Shown: positions 19,295 to 29,503 of the stretch, piece after piece
Numbering within the stretch: the stretch's first letter is position 1
Layout of the letters: each line of letters starts with the position of its first letter
NCBI GenBank assembly: GCA_963793425.1
Contig: CAWCAG010000007.1
Coordinates: 768,001-832,000 of the forward strand
Direction: 5' to 3'
Origin: an uncultured cyanobacterium
Lineage (GTDB): Bacteria; Cyanobacteriota; Cyanobacteriia; Cyanobacteriales; CAWCAG01
Length of the DNA: 64,000 nt
Position numbers and translations under genes: made by a program
Notes under the pieces: generated by a model
The model's input: only the letters and a program-made list of their open reading frames with translations
Databases searched by the model: none
Told to the model about the DNA's origin: nothing

Positions 19295-20946
19295 ATGGCC
19301 AACTTGATTGAGTTTAAGCTTCTAGCTCCTTATAACAAAGAAGCTGCCTTAATTGGGTCTTTTTCTGACTGGGAAGATATTCCGATGGAAAAAGATGAGA
19401 AAGGTTACTTTCGCACCAAAGTTGAGTTAGAAGATGGTGATCACCAATATAAATTTAGGATACGCTCTAAAAGTTGGTTCTTAGAACCGGATCAGTGGAT
19501 AGAAGTGGTAGACCCCTATGCTATAGATATTGATAATCCTACTCAAAATGGCATAGTCCGTATTAAAAGTGGTGAAAGAATTGTTGATACCTATGTTTGG
19601 CAACATGACGACAAGCCTTTACCAGCAGACCAAGAATTAGTTATTTATGAACTGCACATTAGCGACTTTTCCGGTGGGGAAGATGACCCCAACCCTAGAG
19701 GAAATTATAAGCACGTTATCGAAAAACTAGACTACCTAACAGAACTTGGTATCAATGCCATAGAATTGATGCCGATTAAGGAATACCCTGGAGATTATAG
19801 TTGGGGTTATAATCCCCGTTACTTCTTTGCCTCTGAATCTAGCTATGGTTCTACCAGTGGATTAAAGAAATTAATTGATGAGTGTCATGGTAAAGGGATT
19901 CGCGTCATTATGGACGGTATCTATAACCATTCAGAAGCTTCTAGCCCCTTAACTCAAATTGACCACGATTACTGGTATCACCACGAACCCCGTGATCCTG
20001 ATAACAATTGGGGACCGGAGTTTAACTACGAATTTTACGATGAAAAGTTAGATATCAAACCAGCTTGGCAGTTCGTTGGTGATGTGGTTAGATTCTGGAT
20101 TGGCGAATACCACATTGATGGTGTCCGTTACGACGCAGCCAGACAAATTGCCAACTATGACTTCATGCACTGGATAGTTGCAGAAAGCAAAAAAACAGCG
20201 GGGGAAAAACCTTTTTATAACATCGCTGAACATATTCCTGAAACAACTAGTATTACCAATGTTGATGGGCCGATGGATGGTTGCTGGCATGATAGCTTCT
20301 ACCATACCGTTAAAGCCCATATTTTCGGCGAGAGATTTGAATTAGAAGAACTTAAAGATGTCATTGATTGTAAGCGACAAGGTTTCTTAGGTGCAACTAA
20401 TGTAGTTAACTACCTGACAAACCATGACCATGAAAGGATTATGGTAGAGTTAGCTAACCGAGAAATTTTTGAGGAAGCCGCTTTCAAACGCTTTAAGTTG
20501 GGTGTAGTTCTTTTGATGACAGCAGTTGGAGTTCCTTTAGTTTGGATGGGAGAAGAATTCGGAGATTATCATCCCCTTGATCCGGAACCGACTAAAATTG
20601 ATTGGAGTTTACTAAAAAACGACCTCAATAAGGGCTTATTTGAATACTACAAAGGTTTGGTTAACCTACGCAAAAATAATCACGCTTTGTACACAGAAAA
20701 AATTGATTTCTTCCACGACAATGTAGAATCAAAAGTGCTTGCCTATACTCGCTGGAATGATGAAGGTTCTCGTGTTGTGGTGGTGGCTAATTTTTCAGAC
20801 AACTATCTAGCTGGCTACGAAGTTCCTAACTTCCCTGAAAATGGTACTTGGCACGAATGGACTGGTGATTATGACCTTGAAGTTGGGGAAAATAGTATTA
20901 CAGTTGATTAGGCGAGTACGAAGCTAAAGTCTTTGTTTGGCAATAG
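19295..20946 (+). CDS. GH13 alpha-amylase family enzyme with N-terminal CBM48-like domain; apparent 1-nt frameshift near the 3' end
   Basis: IYELH, ELMP, WGYNP, DGIYNH, DGVRYDA, IAEH, NHDH; in-frame TAG at 20909-20911, but the shifted frame continues LGEYEAKVFVWQ* to 20946. Confidence 0.85.
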
Positions 20947-20980
20947 AAGAAAATTAGAGTAATTAAAAAGGAATTGTTTT

Positions 20981-21139
20981 ATGGATATAGTTAGGCTTCT
21001 TTGTGCAATCTTTTTGCCACCTTTAGGAGTGTTTTTGCAAGTAGGTATTGGACCTCAGTTTTGGATTAATATTCTTTTAACCTTCTTAGGTTATATTCCA
21101 GGAATCATTCATGCCGTTTGGATCATTTTGAGAAGATAG
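20981..21139 (+). CDS. YqaE/Pmp3 family small membrane protein (52 aa; not in the ORF track)
   Basis: Hand translation MDIVRLLCAIFLPPLGVFLQVGIGPQFWINILLTFLGYIPGIIHAVWIILRR*. Confidence 0.93.
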   Translation: MDIVRLLCAIFLPPLGVFLQVGIGPQFWINILLTFLGYIPGIIHAVWIILRR

Positions 21140-21220
21140 TAGCCGTAATTAAAAATAAAAATTAGCCCTGGCAATGACTAAGAGTGTAGAATTGTCAGGA
21201 GCTTTATTTTTATATAACTT

Positions 21221-22123
21221 ATGGAGTTAATTGAGACAGTCAAGAACAGTTTGCAAGAATTAGTAGGTAGCAGTGTTAAAATTCTGCCTGCTTTGCTTGC
21301 AGCACTGATTGTTATTTTAATAACTCGCTTTATAGCAGAGTTTGTGCAAGGAATAGCCACCAAAGTAGGGAGAAAAACTATTCGTAGCCAATCTCTGCAA
21401 CTATTACTCTCAAAAACAGCCTATGTAACCACTTGGCTAATCGGAATTTTAATTGCTAGTGTTATTGCCTTTCCTAGCTTAAGATTAGGAGATGTTGTTG
21501 CTACATTAGGGCTTGGTTCTGTAGCCGTTGGTTTTGCTTTTCAAGATATCTTTAAGAACTTTTTAGCCGGAATCTTATTATTAGTACAAGAACCTTTCCG
21601 CATCAACGATCAGATTATTGTGGGTGACTATGAAGGAACAGTAGAACGTATCGATATTCGTACCACCAGCATTCGCACCTATCAAGGAGAAAAAGTACTG
21701 CTTCCTAACTCTACTGTTTTTACCAGTGCAGTACAAGTAAGGACAGCTTTCGACTCTCGACGTACGGATTTAGGAGTAGGAGTTGATTATAATACCCCTT
21801 TGCCCAAAGCAGCAGATATTTTAATGACAACGGTTAAAGGTGTTGAAGGGGTACAAGAAAATCCTAGCCCAGAAATAGATGTAGTCAATTTTGGTGATAG
21901 TTCCATTGACTTTGTGGTTCGCTACTGGACAATTCCTCAACAAAAAGGAGTAAGAACGACTCAAACTAAAGTAATGATTGCCATTAAACAAGCTTTGGAT
22001 CAAGCTAATATTAGTATTCCCTACCCAATCCGCAACCTTTACCTATATGATCAACAAAATTTTGACGATTATCTAGAAGTAAAGGATTCTCCTACAGAAA
22101 CACCTAGTGAAGGGCAAAACTAA
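21221..22123 (+). CDS. Small-conductance mechanosensitive channel (MscS family)
   Basis: GLGSVAVGFAFQDIFKNFLAGI, PFRINDQI, G.VERIDIRTT, FGDSSIDF, ISIPYP. Confidence 0.92.
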   Translation: MELIETVKNSLQELVGSSVKILPALLAALIVILITRFIAEFVQGIATKVGRKTIRSQSLQLLLSKTAYVTTWLIGILIASVIAFPSLRLGDVVATLGLGSVAVGFAFQDIFKNFLAGILLLVQEPFRINDQIIVGDYEGTVERIDIRTTSIRTYQGEKVLLPNSTVFTSAVQVRTAFDSRRTDLGVGVDYNTPLPKAADILMTTVKGVEGVQENPSPEIDVVNFGDSSIDFVVRYWTIPQQKGVRTTQTKVMIAIKQALDQANISIPYPIRNLYLYDQQNFDDYLEVKDSPTETPSEGQN

Positions 22124-22125
22124 CA

Positions 22126-22377
22126 CTAGGCCATTTCTAACTCTTGACGATAAATTTCGCCCCATTTTTGAAAGTATTTTTTGCTAGCAACTTCAACTTT
22201 CTGCCTTAATTCTGGTAGTAGATTACAGCATTTGCTATTGGGGTTAGTCCGACAATTAATTTCCGCTACAAGCAGTTCCTGTTCTAGTATATCTAATTCT
22301 ACTTCTAAAGTTTCTCTAACTTGGGTCAAAGAAGTACTACTATTTTGGAAACATAATTCTAAATTTTGGTAGTTCAT
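22126..22377 (-). CDS. Hypothetical protein (83 aa, helical, Cys cluster)
   Basis: ATG-initiated ORF abutting the mscS stop; no recognised motif. Confidence 0.5.
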   Translation of the reverse strand: MNYQNLELCFQNSSTSLTQVRETLEVELDILEQELLVAEINCRTNPNSKCCNLLPELRQKVEVASKKYFQKWGEIYRQELEMA

Positions 22378-22440
22378 GGTTGCTGCCCTTGGTTAGAGAA
22401 TACAACTCTAATGTAAAGGAAAGTAACTCTAGAGGCCAAC

Positions 22441-22483
22441 AGCCATTTAGCTGAGGGAAATTCTCAAAGCAAGCTAAATGGCT
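22441..22483. other. Inverted repeat / stem-loop
   Basis: AGCCATTTAGCT ... AGCTAAATGGCT, perfect 12-bp arms. Confidence 0.6.
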
Positions 22484-22523
22484 TATGCTAGTTTGCTGCA
22501 CATCGCAACTCATCTATAGCAAG

Positions 22524-22915
22524 TTGACACTCCCCGATCCTTTAGGCACGGGGATTCTTGGTTCAACGAAACCACTTAAACTAGATTCCTTGCGTCGTCT
22601 AGCTCAGAGGTGGGATTCTCAATAGAGCGTTGATTCGGGTATGCCCTACCCTATTCACATCGCTGCGAGTCCTGTTTAGTTGGAAACGAACTTGTTTCAC
22701 AATGCTGATTGTCTAGTCCCTATAAATCTTTTACCCACTGCTAGGAGGATACTAGAAAAATGCATCTCTATCCCTATAAATTTAATTTTTCAAGGTTCAG
22801 CGCTACGTCTTCCGACGGCTAGGTTTTTAGAGTGGTTGATTCCCTTTTCCACTATTATGCGAGTATACCAGAAAAGCTGTCCTATAAGAACGGGGCTTTA
22901 GACCCAATTATTTCG
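22524..22915 (-). mobile_element. Non-autonomous IS200/IS605 derivative (PATE-like, ~392 bp, no transposase or TnpB ORF)
   Basis: Minus strand left end TTAC|CGAAATAATTGGGTCT-AAAG-CCCCG..; right end GAAT-CCCCGTGCCTAAAGGATCGGGG-AGTG-TCAA; tnpB-3'-like AGGGTAGGGCATACCCGAATCAACGC. Confidence 0.8.
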
Positions 22916-22958
22916 GTAATAATATTTATATTGACTTTTATCTTCTCTTGTTGAAAAG

Positions 22959-23032
22959 GGCGAACGACGGGACTTGAACCCGCGAATGGTGGAATCACAA
23001 CCCACTGCCTTAACCACTTGGCTACGCTCGCC
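22959..23032 (-). tRNA. trnH: tRNA-His (GUG), G-1 encoded, CCA not encoded
   Basis: GGCGAGCGTAGCCAAGTGGTTAAGGCAGTGGGTTGTGATTCCACCATTCGCGGGTTCAAGTCCCGTCGTTCGCC folds as a cloverleaf. Confidence 0.96.
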
Positions 23033-23112
23033 GTAATATTTATAGAATATAACATTTTGGTGACAATTGATCTAGGTTTAAAATGGATAATTAAAAATTT
23101 CTTTAACTGTGT

Positions 23113-23205
23113 TTGGCTGAAATGGCAACAGCAGTACAAATGAGTTCCCATCATTTTGCTAGTTTGTTTAAGGAATCTGTGGGCAGACCTCCTCATCAAT
23201 ATTTC
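23113..23205 (+). pseudogene. AraC-family HTH remnant
   Basis: LAEMATAVQMSSHHFASLFKESVGRPPHQY matches the first AraC HTH; the rest of the gene is absent and repeats follow. Confidence 0.65.
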
Positions 23206-23228
23206 TCCCGATGTCTTTACTACTCCGG

Positions 23229-23298
23229 TGTAGCCTACGGCAAGGAAGTGCAACCCTACTCCCTGCTCCCTGCTCCCTGCTCCGGTGTCCCCTACCCT
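23229..23298. repeat. Short dispersed repeat TGTAGCCTACGGCAAGG followed by (CCCTGCT)n heptamers
   Basis: 17-mer identical to 61310-61326; heptamer array follows. Confidence 0.7.
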
Positions 23299-23328
23299 AG
23301 CCATACAATCTAAATACCTGACAGCTTA

Positions 23329-24567
23329 TTACCTTCTTGCTAAGATTATATAGTCATCAACAGCATAATAGGGGTTTACCACCTCTTGTAAATATTGATT
23401 TTTAAGAGGATTAAGATATTGTTTTTCCACTAAACCATCTCGAGTAGAACTAATCTGCTTATACCACTCTAAATTCAAACCTAATTCTGTAAGTAAATTA
23501 ATTATTAAACTATCTTCTGTCTCTGGAACTTCCTCTTGAAAATCATCTTGATTACTTCCCAAACTTTCCCTATCTATTATCAGCAAAATATAACCGTTCT
23601 CAGCTAAACTTGCTTGCCAGATTTGTTGATAGATGTGATGAGCTTTTTGTTGCTGTTCTAATTCCAGGAAAGAGTAGTGGGAAATAACAATAAAATCAAA
23701 GAAATTATTGGGTATAGGGCTGGATTTCGGCTCGTAGGTGAGAATATCCGTAGTATCGAGGCGGAAATAAGTGTTAGTTACAGCTTGATGAGATTCTAGA
23801 TAATTACGCCAAAATTGCAATCCTCTTAACTGAAGTAAAGATTGTTTTTCTAAAGAGTAATAGGAAATATGTAAACGCGGCATCCTCAAGAAATATTTAG
23901 TGCTTTCGAGAAGTAAAGCTAAGCCATAAATTACTGTTCCCACTCCCGCACCGATATCCAATAAACGGATATTCTGGGGCATCAAGCCTGCTTCATAAAC
24001 CAAAAACCAAGCTAAATAATTGCTATAAACATTATCCAAAAAATCGCTCATTAAGTAAGTATGAGGGCTAAGCTTGAAGTTATATTCTTTTTCGCTTTGT
24101 AAATCATTAATAGCTAGGCTCAATTCTTCTTTAAGCCTGCTTTCTGGAACTTTAGCAAATTCTTTTTGCAGAAACTCAGCTAAGGCTGATTCAAAATCTT
24201 TAAAAGTACGTTTTTCTATGCCTGTACAAGACAATTTATGTTCACTTTGCTGAACAATTTTGTAGCTTGTGTGAATAAAATGAACAAATTCTGAGTTTGG
24301 AGGAACTAAATCTTCCTGACTTTGTTGAGGCACTTCTTCAGGAAAATCCTGATGCTGTCGCCCTGATGCTGTCGCTAATTCCCGCTTATAAAAATCTAAA
24401 GATTGCTCTGTTTTTAACTGTTTACGATAAACCTGTTGCAATAAAGAAAGTTTCGCCCCTGCCTCTTCTGTTTCCTGCAAGATTTGTCTCGCTTTTCTTT
24501 CGTTGCTTTCTTTCAAAGCACCGCGAAACTTAAGAGAACGTAACCAATTACTAAAAGGATTACTCAT
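23329..24567 (-). CDS. Cyanobacterial protein with C-terminal class I SAM-methyltransferase-like fold
   Basis: LLDIGAGVGT glycine-rich motif, FDFIVISH, L...GYILLI; start set at MSNPF. Confidence 0.6.
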   Translation of the reverse strand: MSNPFSNWLRSLKFRGALKESNERKARQILQETEEAGAKLSLLQQVYRKQLKTEQSLDFYKRELATASGRQHQDFPEEVPQQSQEDLVPPNSEFVHFIHTSYKIVQQSEHKLSCTGIEKRTFKDFESALAEFLQKEFAKVPESRLKEELSLAINDLQSEKEYNFKLSPHTYLMSDFLDNVYSNYLAWFLVYEAGLMPQNIRLLDIGAGVGTVIYGLALLLESTKYFLRMPRLHISYYSLEKQSLLQLRGLQFWRNYLESHQAVTNTYFRLDTTDILTYEPKSSPIPNNFFDFIVISHYSFLELEQQQKAHHIYQQIWQASLAENGYILLIIDRESLGSNQDDFQEEVPETEDSLIINLLTELGLNLEWYKQISSTRDGLVEKQYLNPLKNQYLQEVVNPYYAVDDYIILARR

Positions 24568-24646
24568 AACAAAAATCTTCTTGGTATAGAAAGAGCGATC
24601 GCAGCCCATATCGATACTAGGAGTTAAGATGAGAATTATTCTTCTG

Positions 24647-25276
24647 TCAAGGGGTTAGTTCTACTTGCGGAGATTTTTTCAGTTCCCCTGTCCGCATTAG
24701 GGAAATGAGAGAACGCTCTTTACGCAGATCCATTTCTTCGGCTAAACCTTGTTTTTTATCATCCAAAAGATTGGCTTGATGGGGAGGAACTATTGTCACC
24801 TGCGGTTCTGGGTTGGGTTGTTGAGTATAACTAGCAGGAAGTTGGGGCAGGTTAAAATTTGCTTGAGGGCGCTTTTTGCGAGCAACCCGCCGCTTTTTTT
24901 TCGGTTTAGGCAGATCGAATTTTAAGTTTTTGAGAGGTTTGATTAACAAAGCTTTATGTTTCCAGCCCTGCCTTACTAAAATAAGACCTACCAACCCACT
25001 AGTTACCATCGCCCCAATTAACCACAGAGGAGGTAAATTGTATTCTGGTTCAGGCTCCTCAAAAACTGTTGGGGAAGGTAAAGATTGGGAAGCAGGAGGT
25101 TGCATTTCCCCAGGATCTAATAGTGCTGTCATGGCACTAATTCCCACAATAGTGACGGAAATGCCGATGGTACTGAAAAAAGCCACTGGATAGTGATTAA
25201 CCAGCTTTCTAACGATGTTAGGACTATTTTGCTTTGGTAGAGAATTATTTGTTGAACTGAGCATTGATGCTCTCAC
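24647..25276 (-). CDS. Hypothetical two-TM protein with basic C-terminal region
   Basis: Two hydrophobic segments; VTIVPP and LAEEMDLRK motifs. Confidence 0.6.
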   Translation of the reverse strand: MRASMLSSTNNSLPKQNSPNIVRKLVNHYPVAFFSTIGISVTIVGISAMTALLDPGEMQPPASQSLPSPTVFEEPEPEYNLPPLWLIGAMVTSGLVGLILVRQGWKHKALLIKPLKNLKFDLPKPKKKRRVARKKRPQANFNLPQLPASYTQQPNPEPQVTIVPPHQANLLDDKKQGLAEEMDLRKERSLISLMRTGELKKSPQVELTP

Positions 25277-25348
25277 CCTTTACCTACTAAGTGTTTGATC
25301 ATGTGACCATATAAGTTTATTCCTTGTCAATAAAATGATCAACCTAAC

Positions 25349-26080
25349 TCAAACTCCATATCCTACTTTTGCTTGGGCAGACTTACTTGTGCCGCCAATT
25401 ATGTCTGGATTAAAGCGATAACCAATATTGCGTACTGTTTGAACTAAGTTAGGTTGGCGAGGATCACTTTCTATTTTTTTGCGTAAAGATAAAACATGGG
25501 TATCTATGGTACGAGGATTATCAATAGCATCAGGCCAAGCCCGCTTCAGCAGTTCCGAACGACTTAAAGCCATTCCTTGGGCTTGGGCGAGAATATACAG
25601 CAAACTAAACTCCTGGGGAGTTAATTCAATTAAATTCCCTTGGAAGTGAACCCGACGCTGTACTAAGTCGATTTTGAGGTCGCCATAATTGAGATAGAGA
25701 GGAACAGATGTTAAGCGCATCCGCCTCATTAAAGTCTCAACTCTGGTCATAAACTCCTGCATTCCAAAAGGTTTGCTGAGGTAATCATCGGCCCCAGCCT
25801 TTAAACCGATGACAATATCCTTTTCACTACTACGGGCAGACAGCATTAAGATTAGAGATTGCCGCTGTTGATAGAGCCAACGGCATAGTTCTACTCCGCA
25901 TCCGTCTGGTAAGTCAGAGTCAAGGATAACTAAGTTTGGCTGGTAACTAGGGAATATGTTCCTAGCCTGGTGAATGCTGGCCGATTGTTGAACCCAATAG
26001 CTTGCTTGTTGCAAGTGCCATGCTAACAGCGATCGCAGGTGAGGATTGCCCTCAACAATTAAAATTTGAACCGAACCCAC
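25349..26080 (-). CDS. nrrA: OmpR-family response regulator NrrA/Rre37
   Basis: IVEGNPHLRSLL.WHLQQ, GADDYL.KPF, AWPDAIDNPRTIDTHVLSLRKKIE; upstream NtcA box supports the call. Confidence 0.85.
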   Translation of the reverse strand: MGSVQILIVEGNPHLRSLLAWHLQQASYWVQQSASIHQARNIFPSYQPNLVILDSDLPDGCGVELCRWLYQQRQSLILMLSARSSEKDIVIGLKAGADDYLSKPFGMQEFMTRVETLMRRMRLTSVPLYLNYGDLKIDLVQRRVHFQGNLIELTPQEFSLLYILAQAQGMALSRSELLKRAWPDAIDNPRTIDTHVLSLRKKIESDPRQPNLVQTVRNIGYRFNPDIIGGTSKSAQAKVGYGV

Positions 26081-26113
26081 GTTGGTTTTCTTCCGTTGAA
26101 TCTGGTGAGATTA

Positions 26114-26155
26114 AAGTTAACAGAGCTAATGTCAAGATGTTGTAACAGAGGCTAC
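26114..26155 (-). promoter_or_regulatory. NtcA-activated (class II) promoter of nrrA
   Basis: GTA-N8-TAC at 26142-26155; on the minus strand a TAN3T -10 box (TAACTT) follows 22 nt later. Confidence 0.85.
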
Positions 26156-26368
26156 GTATAACTTCATAGGACAGATTTTACATTCAATTTTTTTCTAACT
26201 AAAGATAGAGGAAATCGTATTTTCAACAGGAATTAAGTAGTAATTAGTTAAAATAAATTTAAGGAGTTCATGAAGGTTCTCAAACTCCTGTTAAAAATTA
26301 CTGGTAATATTTACTTAAATCCTAACTTTTCAAGCCAAATTCTCACAACCTACCAAAACTTTAAGATA

Positions 26369-26623
26369 ATGCTTCAAGATACCAGAGCCATTCGCTATTA
26401 TCAAAGATTGACCGATTCTATGGTGGATCTTTGGCAGCGAGGTTATCGCTTTAATGATTTGCGAATGTATATGGATGGTTACTTATCCTGTCTCAGACAG
26501 TCTAATGACCTGGAACCCCACCTTATCCACCGTTTAGAAGAAGACGCTTTTCGCTTCTTAAGAGATCCTTCTAATTTCGAGTTAGCCATGCCCCAAACCC
26601 AAGCTGAGGCAGACTACTACTAA
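26369..26623 (+). CDS. Conserved cyanobacterial small protein (DUF6761-like)
   Basis: MLQDT..IRYYQRLTD..VDLW.RGY, YMDGYL, IHRLEE, DPSNF. Confidence 0.75.
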   Translation: MLQDTRAIRYYQRLTDSMVDLWQRGYRFNDLRMYMDGYLSCLRQSNDLEPHLIHRLEEDAFRFLRDPSNFELAMPQTQAEADYY

Positions 26624-26664
26624 ATAACCATTAGAAAATACCTCTGAGTCCTCTAGTTTCTTTA

Positions 26665-26738
<74 letters not shown>

Positions 26739-26885
26739 AAATTAACTGCCAGTAAAGAACTATAACACAGAGTTTCCCAGCAGAGCAAATTTACTTTTAA
26801 ATAAAGAAAACTATCTTGAATTAACGATCCGAGACTCCTGAGTTTTGATAAAATTACTGGGGTCATTAAATTTGAGTAACAATTT

Positions 26886-27389
26886 TTGAGCCAATCTACA
26901 GACGTACAACAAATCGACACATTGGCACAAGAACTGGCAAGCATACAGCAAACTAGTTCTAAAAGGATCGCTTTGCTTGGCTCTCGCCATGTTCCGATCA
27001 CTCATCAGTATCTGATTGAAATGATGAGCTATGCCTTAACCCTTGGCGGAAATCGCTTGATCACTTCTGGAGCCACAGGAACTAATTCTGCGGCTATTAA
27101 AGGAGCGATGCGGGCTGATGCTAATCTTTTGACAGTGATCTTGCCGCAAAGTTTAGAGCGCCAGCCTTTAGAGTCGAAAAAACAGTTGGAAAAAGTTATC
27201 CATTTGGTTGATAAACCAGAAAACAACCATCTTTCTTTGGCTGAGGCTAGTGCTTTGTGCAACCAAGAAATAATTTCTCGCTGTCAGCAATTAATCTGTT
27301 TTGCTTTCCACGATAGTAAAACTCTATTGCAAACCTGCGAAGATGCCGAAGAACAACATAAAGTAGTAACTTTGTTCTATTTTGATTAA
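26886..27389 (+). CDS. DprA/SMF-LOG-fold protein (DNA recombination-mediator protein A family, cyanobacterial short form)
   Basis: IALLGSRHVP, ITSGATGTN, VILPQSL, QLICFAFHDS; TTG start. Confidence 0.75.
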   Translation: MSQSTDVQQIDTLAQELASIQQTSSKRIALLGSRHVPITHQYLIEMMSYALTLGGNRLITSGATGTNSAAIKGAMRADANLLTVILPQSLERQPLESKKQLEKVIHLVDKPENNHLSLAEASALCNQEIISRCQQLICFAFHDSKTLLQTCEDAEEQHKVVTLFYFD

Positions 27390-27398
27390 CTAAAACCT

Positions 27399-27809
27399 AT
27401 GGCTATTTCCACTAGTGCTATTCTGCTCTACTCTATTGTGGGTGCAGTAATTTTGATTTACCTTCCCTTTCTGGTAGTGGGTTATGCTCGTACCCAAGTA
27501 GGATATGATATGCAAGCTCCTAGAGCTATGCTAGAGAAGTTGCCAGACTATGCTAAAAGAGCAAATTGGGCCCATCAAAACTCTTTTGAGACTTTTATGG
27601 TGTTCGCTGCTGCTGCTTTTATGGCTTATGTGACAGGGGTTGATTCTCCTTTGGCCATAGGAGCAGCGAGTGCTTTTTTAGGAGCAAGACTGTTATATTC
27701 GCTTTTTTATATTTTTAATATACCTTTGGCGCGATCGCTAATGTTTGGCATCGGTTCTTTTTGTACAACAACTCTTTTTGTACTTAGTTTGTTGGCAATT
27801 AATTCCTAA
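27399..27809 (+). CDS. MAPEG family membrane protein
   Basis: RANWAHQNSFE, ARLLYS..YI. Confidence 0.88.
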   Translation: MAISTSAILLYSIVGAVILIYLPFLVVGYARTQVGYDMQAPRAMLEKLPDYAKRANWAHQNSFETFMVFAAAAFMAYVTGVDSPLAIGAASAFLGARLLYSLFYIFNIPLARSLMFGIGSFCTTTLFVLSLLAINS

Positions 27810-27833
27810 TTTTTAATTTTTTAGTTAATCACT

Positions 27834-28325
27834 ATGGCTTCTAATTCTTCTTTTGATATTGTCAGCGATTTTGATCCCCAAGAAATGGTTAATACCGTAG
27901 ATCAAACTAATCGGGAAATCAATAATCGCTATGACCTTAAGGATACGAAAACAACTGTGGAGTTAGAAGAAGAGCTAATTAAAATCAATACCGAAAGTGA
28001 CTTTAGTTTAGAGGCTGTTCAAGTAATTTTGCGTACTAAGGCCGCTAAGCGCCAATTGTCTCAAAAAATCTTTGATTTCGGTAATGTTGAGTCTGCTAGT
28101 GGTGGACGTGTTAGACAAGAAATTAAGCTACAAAAAGGCTTAACTCAAGAACTGGCTAAAAAGATTAGTAAGCTAATCCGTGACAATTATAAAAAGGTAC
28201 AAGCTTCGATTCAAGGAGATAGTGTCAGGGTTTCTAGTAAGTCAAAAGATAGTTTACAAGAAGTAATGCAGTTATTGAAAGAGGAAGACTTTCCTGTAGA
28301 TTTACAGTTTACTAATTATCGTTAA
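27834..28325 (+). CDS. yajQ: YajQ family nucleotide-binding protein
   Basis: [36 protein letters not shown]. Confidence 0.95.
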   Translation: MASNSSFDIVSDFDPQEMVNTVDQTNREINNRYDLKDTKTTVELEEELIKINTESDFSLEAVQVILRTKAAKRQLSQKIFDFGNVESASGGRVRQEIKLQKGLTQELAKKISKLIRDNYKKVQASIQGDSVRVSSKSKDSLQEVMQLLKEEDFPVDLQFTNYR

Positions 28326-28368
28326 TTTTAAATCCTCACTCCCTACTCCCCAGCCTCCCAAATAACCT

Positions 28369-29493
28369 GTGCTGTTAAATAATGAGCAAATTAAAATTTA
28401 TACTCAACACTCCATAGCCCAGGAATGGTTGGGGCGTTATCAGGGAAAGTTGCCTATATTTGCTTGTGTTTTGGGCTTTACTGCCACAGGATTGATACCA
28501 GGAATCTCAGCGGCTGGGGCAACTCCTGAAGATAGAAAATATACTGCGATCGCCGATGCAGAATTTTTGGTTAATGGGGTCAGAAAGTCCCCTAGTTACC
28601 CTTTGCCACCTTTAACTGTGGGGGTATCTCCTGTTTTTATTACCCGCTCTGTTATAGAAGCTTGTCATTTTCCTGTCTATATTTTCGATGCTGGTTTACC
28701 CCAGCCCCCAACTATTCCTACTATTAATTTAGGAGGTGTACCTGCTGCTTGTCTTACTTCTGCCCAAGCCCTACCCAAAGAAAAAGTGCAACAATTATTG
28801 GCTGCCGGTTTAAATTGGGGGGGAAAGTTAGCTCAACAAATCCCAGAAAGTTATTTAATTATTAGCGAATGTGTAGTAGGAGGAACTAGCACTGCCCTCG
28901 CTTTACTTACTGGGTTAGGTATTGCTGCCACAGGCAAAGTTAATAGTTCTCATCCCCATTGTAACCATCAACAAAAGTGGGAAGTTGTGGTTAAGGGTTT
29001 GAAAAAAGCGGGTTTTTTTCCTCCCTTTAGTGGTAGCGATCCTTTAGATTTAGTTGCTGCGGTAGGCGATCCTATGCAAATCTTTACAGCAGGGATGGCT
29101 ATTGCTGCTAGTCGTAGTAGAGGGGTTTTATTAGCGGGGGGTACGCAAATGCTAGCTGTTCATGGGTTAATTCAGGCAATCGTTACTTACCACAAACTGG
29201 CGGTTGACTTAAAGCAGATTGTTGTCGGCACGACTCGTTGGGTAGCAGAAGACTTAACTGGAGACACAGTTGGGCTAGCCAAGGAAGTAGGAAAAGTGCC
29301 TTTGTTGGCAACTCAACTTAATTTTGCTCATTCTCAATTTCCTCAACTACAATCATACGAAAATAGCTATGTCAAAGAGGGTGTAGGAGCAGGGGGCAGC
29401 GCTATTGCCGCTTGGTTGTATGCTCGTTTGACACAAACTCAGCTCCTTGAGGCGATAGAAGCTTTGGTAGAGAGTTACTCAGCAAATTGCTAA
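28369..29493 (+). CDS. cobT: Nicotinate-nucleotide-dependent phosphoribosyltransferase CobT (cyanobacterial/archaeal type)
   Basis: PGISAAG, ADAEFL, ECVVGGTSTA, GDPMQ, LAGGTQM, TTRWV, VKEGVGAGG. Confidence 0.85.
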   Translation: MLLNNEQIKIYTQHSIAQEWLGRYQGKLPIFACVLGFTATGLIPGISAAGATPEDRKYTAIADAEFLVNGVRKSPSYPLPPLTVGVSPVFITRSVIEACHFPVYIFDAGLPQPPTIPTINLGGVPAACLTSAQALPKEKVQQLLAAGLNWGGKLAQQIPESYLIISECVVGGTSTALALLTGLGIAATGKVNSSHPHCNHQQKWEVVVKGLKKAGFFPPFSGSDPLDLVAAVGDPMQIFTAGMAIAASRSRGVLLAGGTQMLAVHGLIQAIVTYHKLAVDLKQIVVGTTRWVAEDLTGDTVGLAKEVGKVPLLATQLNFAHSQFPQLQSYENSYVKEGVGAGGSAIAAWLYARLTQTQLLEAIEALVESYSANC

Positions 29494-29503
29494 GACAACT
29501 CTT

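Noticed and set aside
22680..23304. ORFs 22680-22901 (+) and 22882-23304 (-)
   Set aside because: They run through IS-end hairpins, tRNA-His and heptamer repeats; no protein signal
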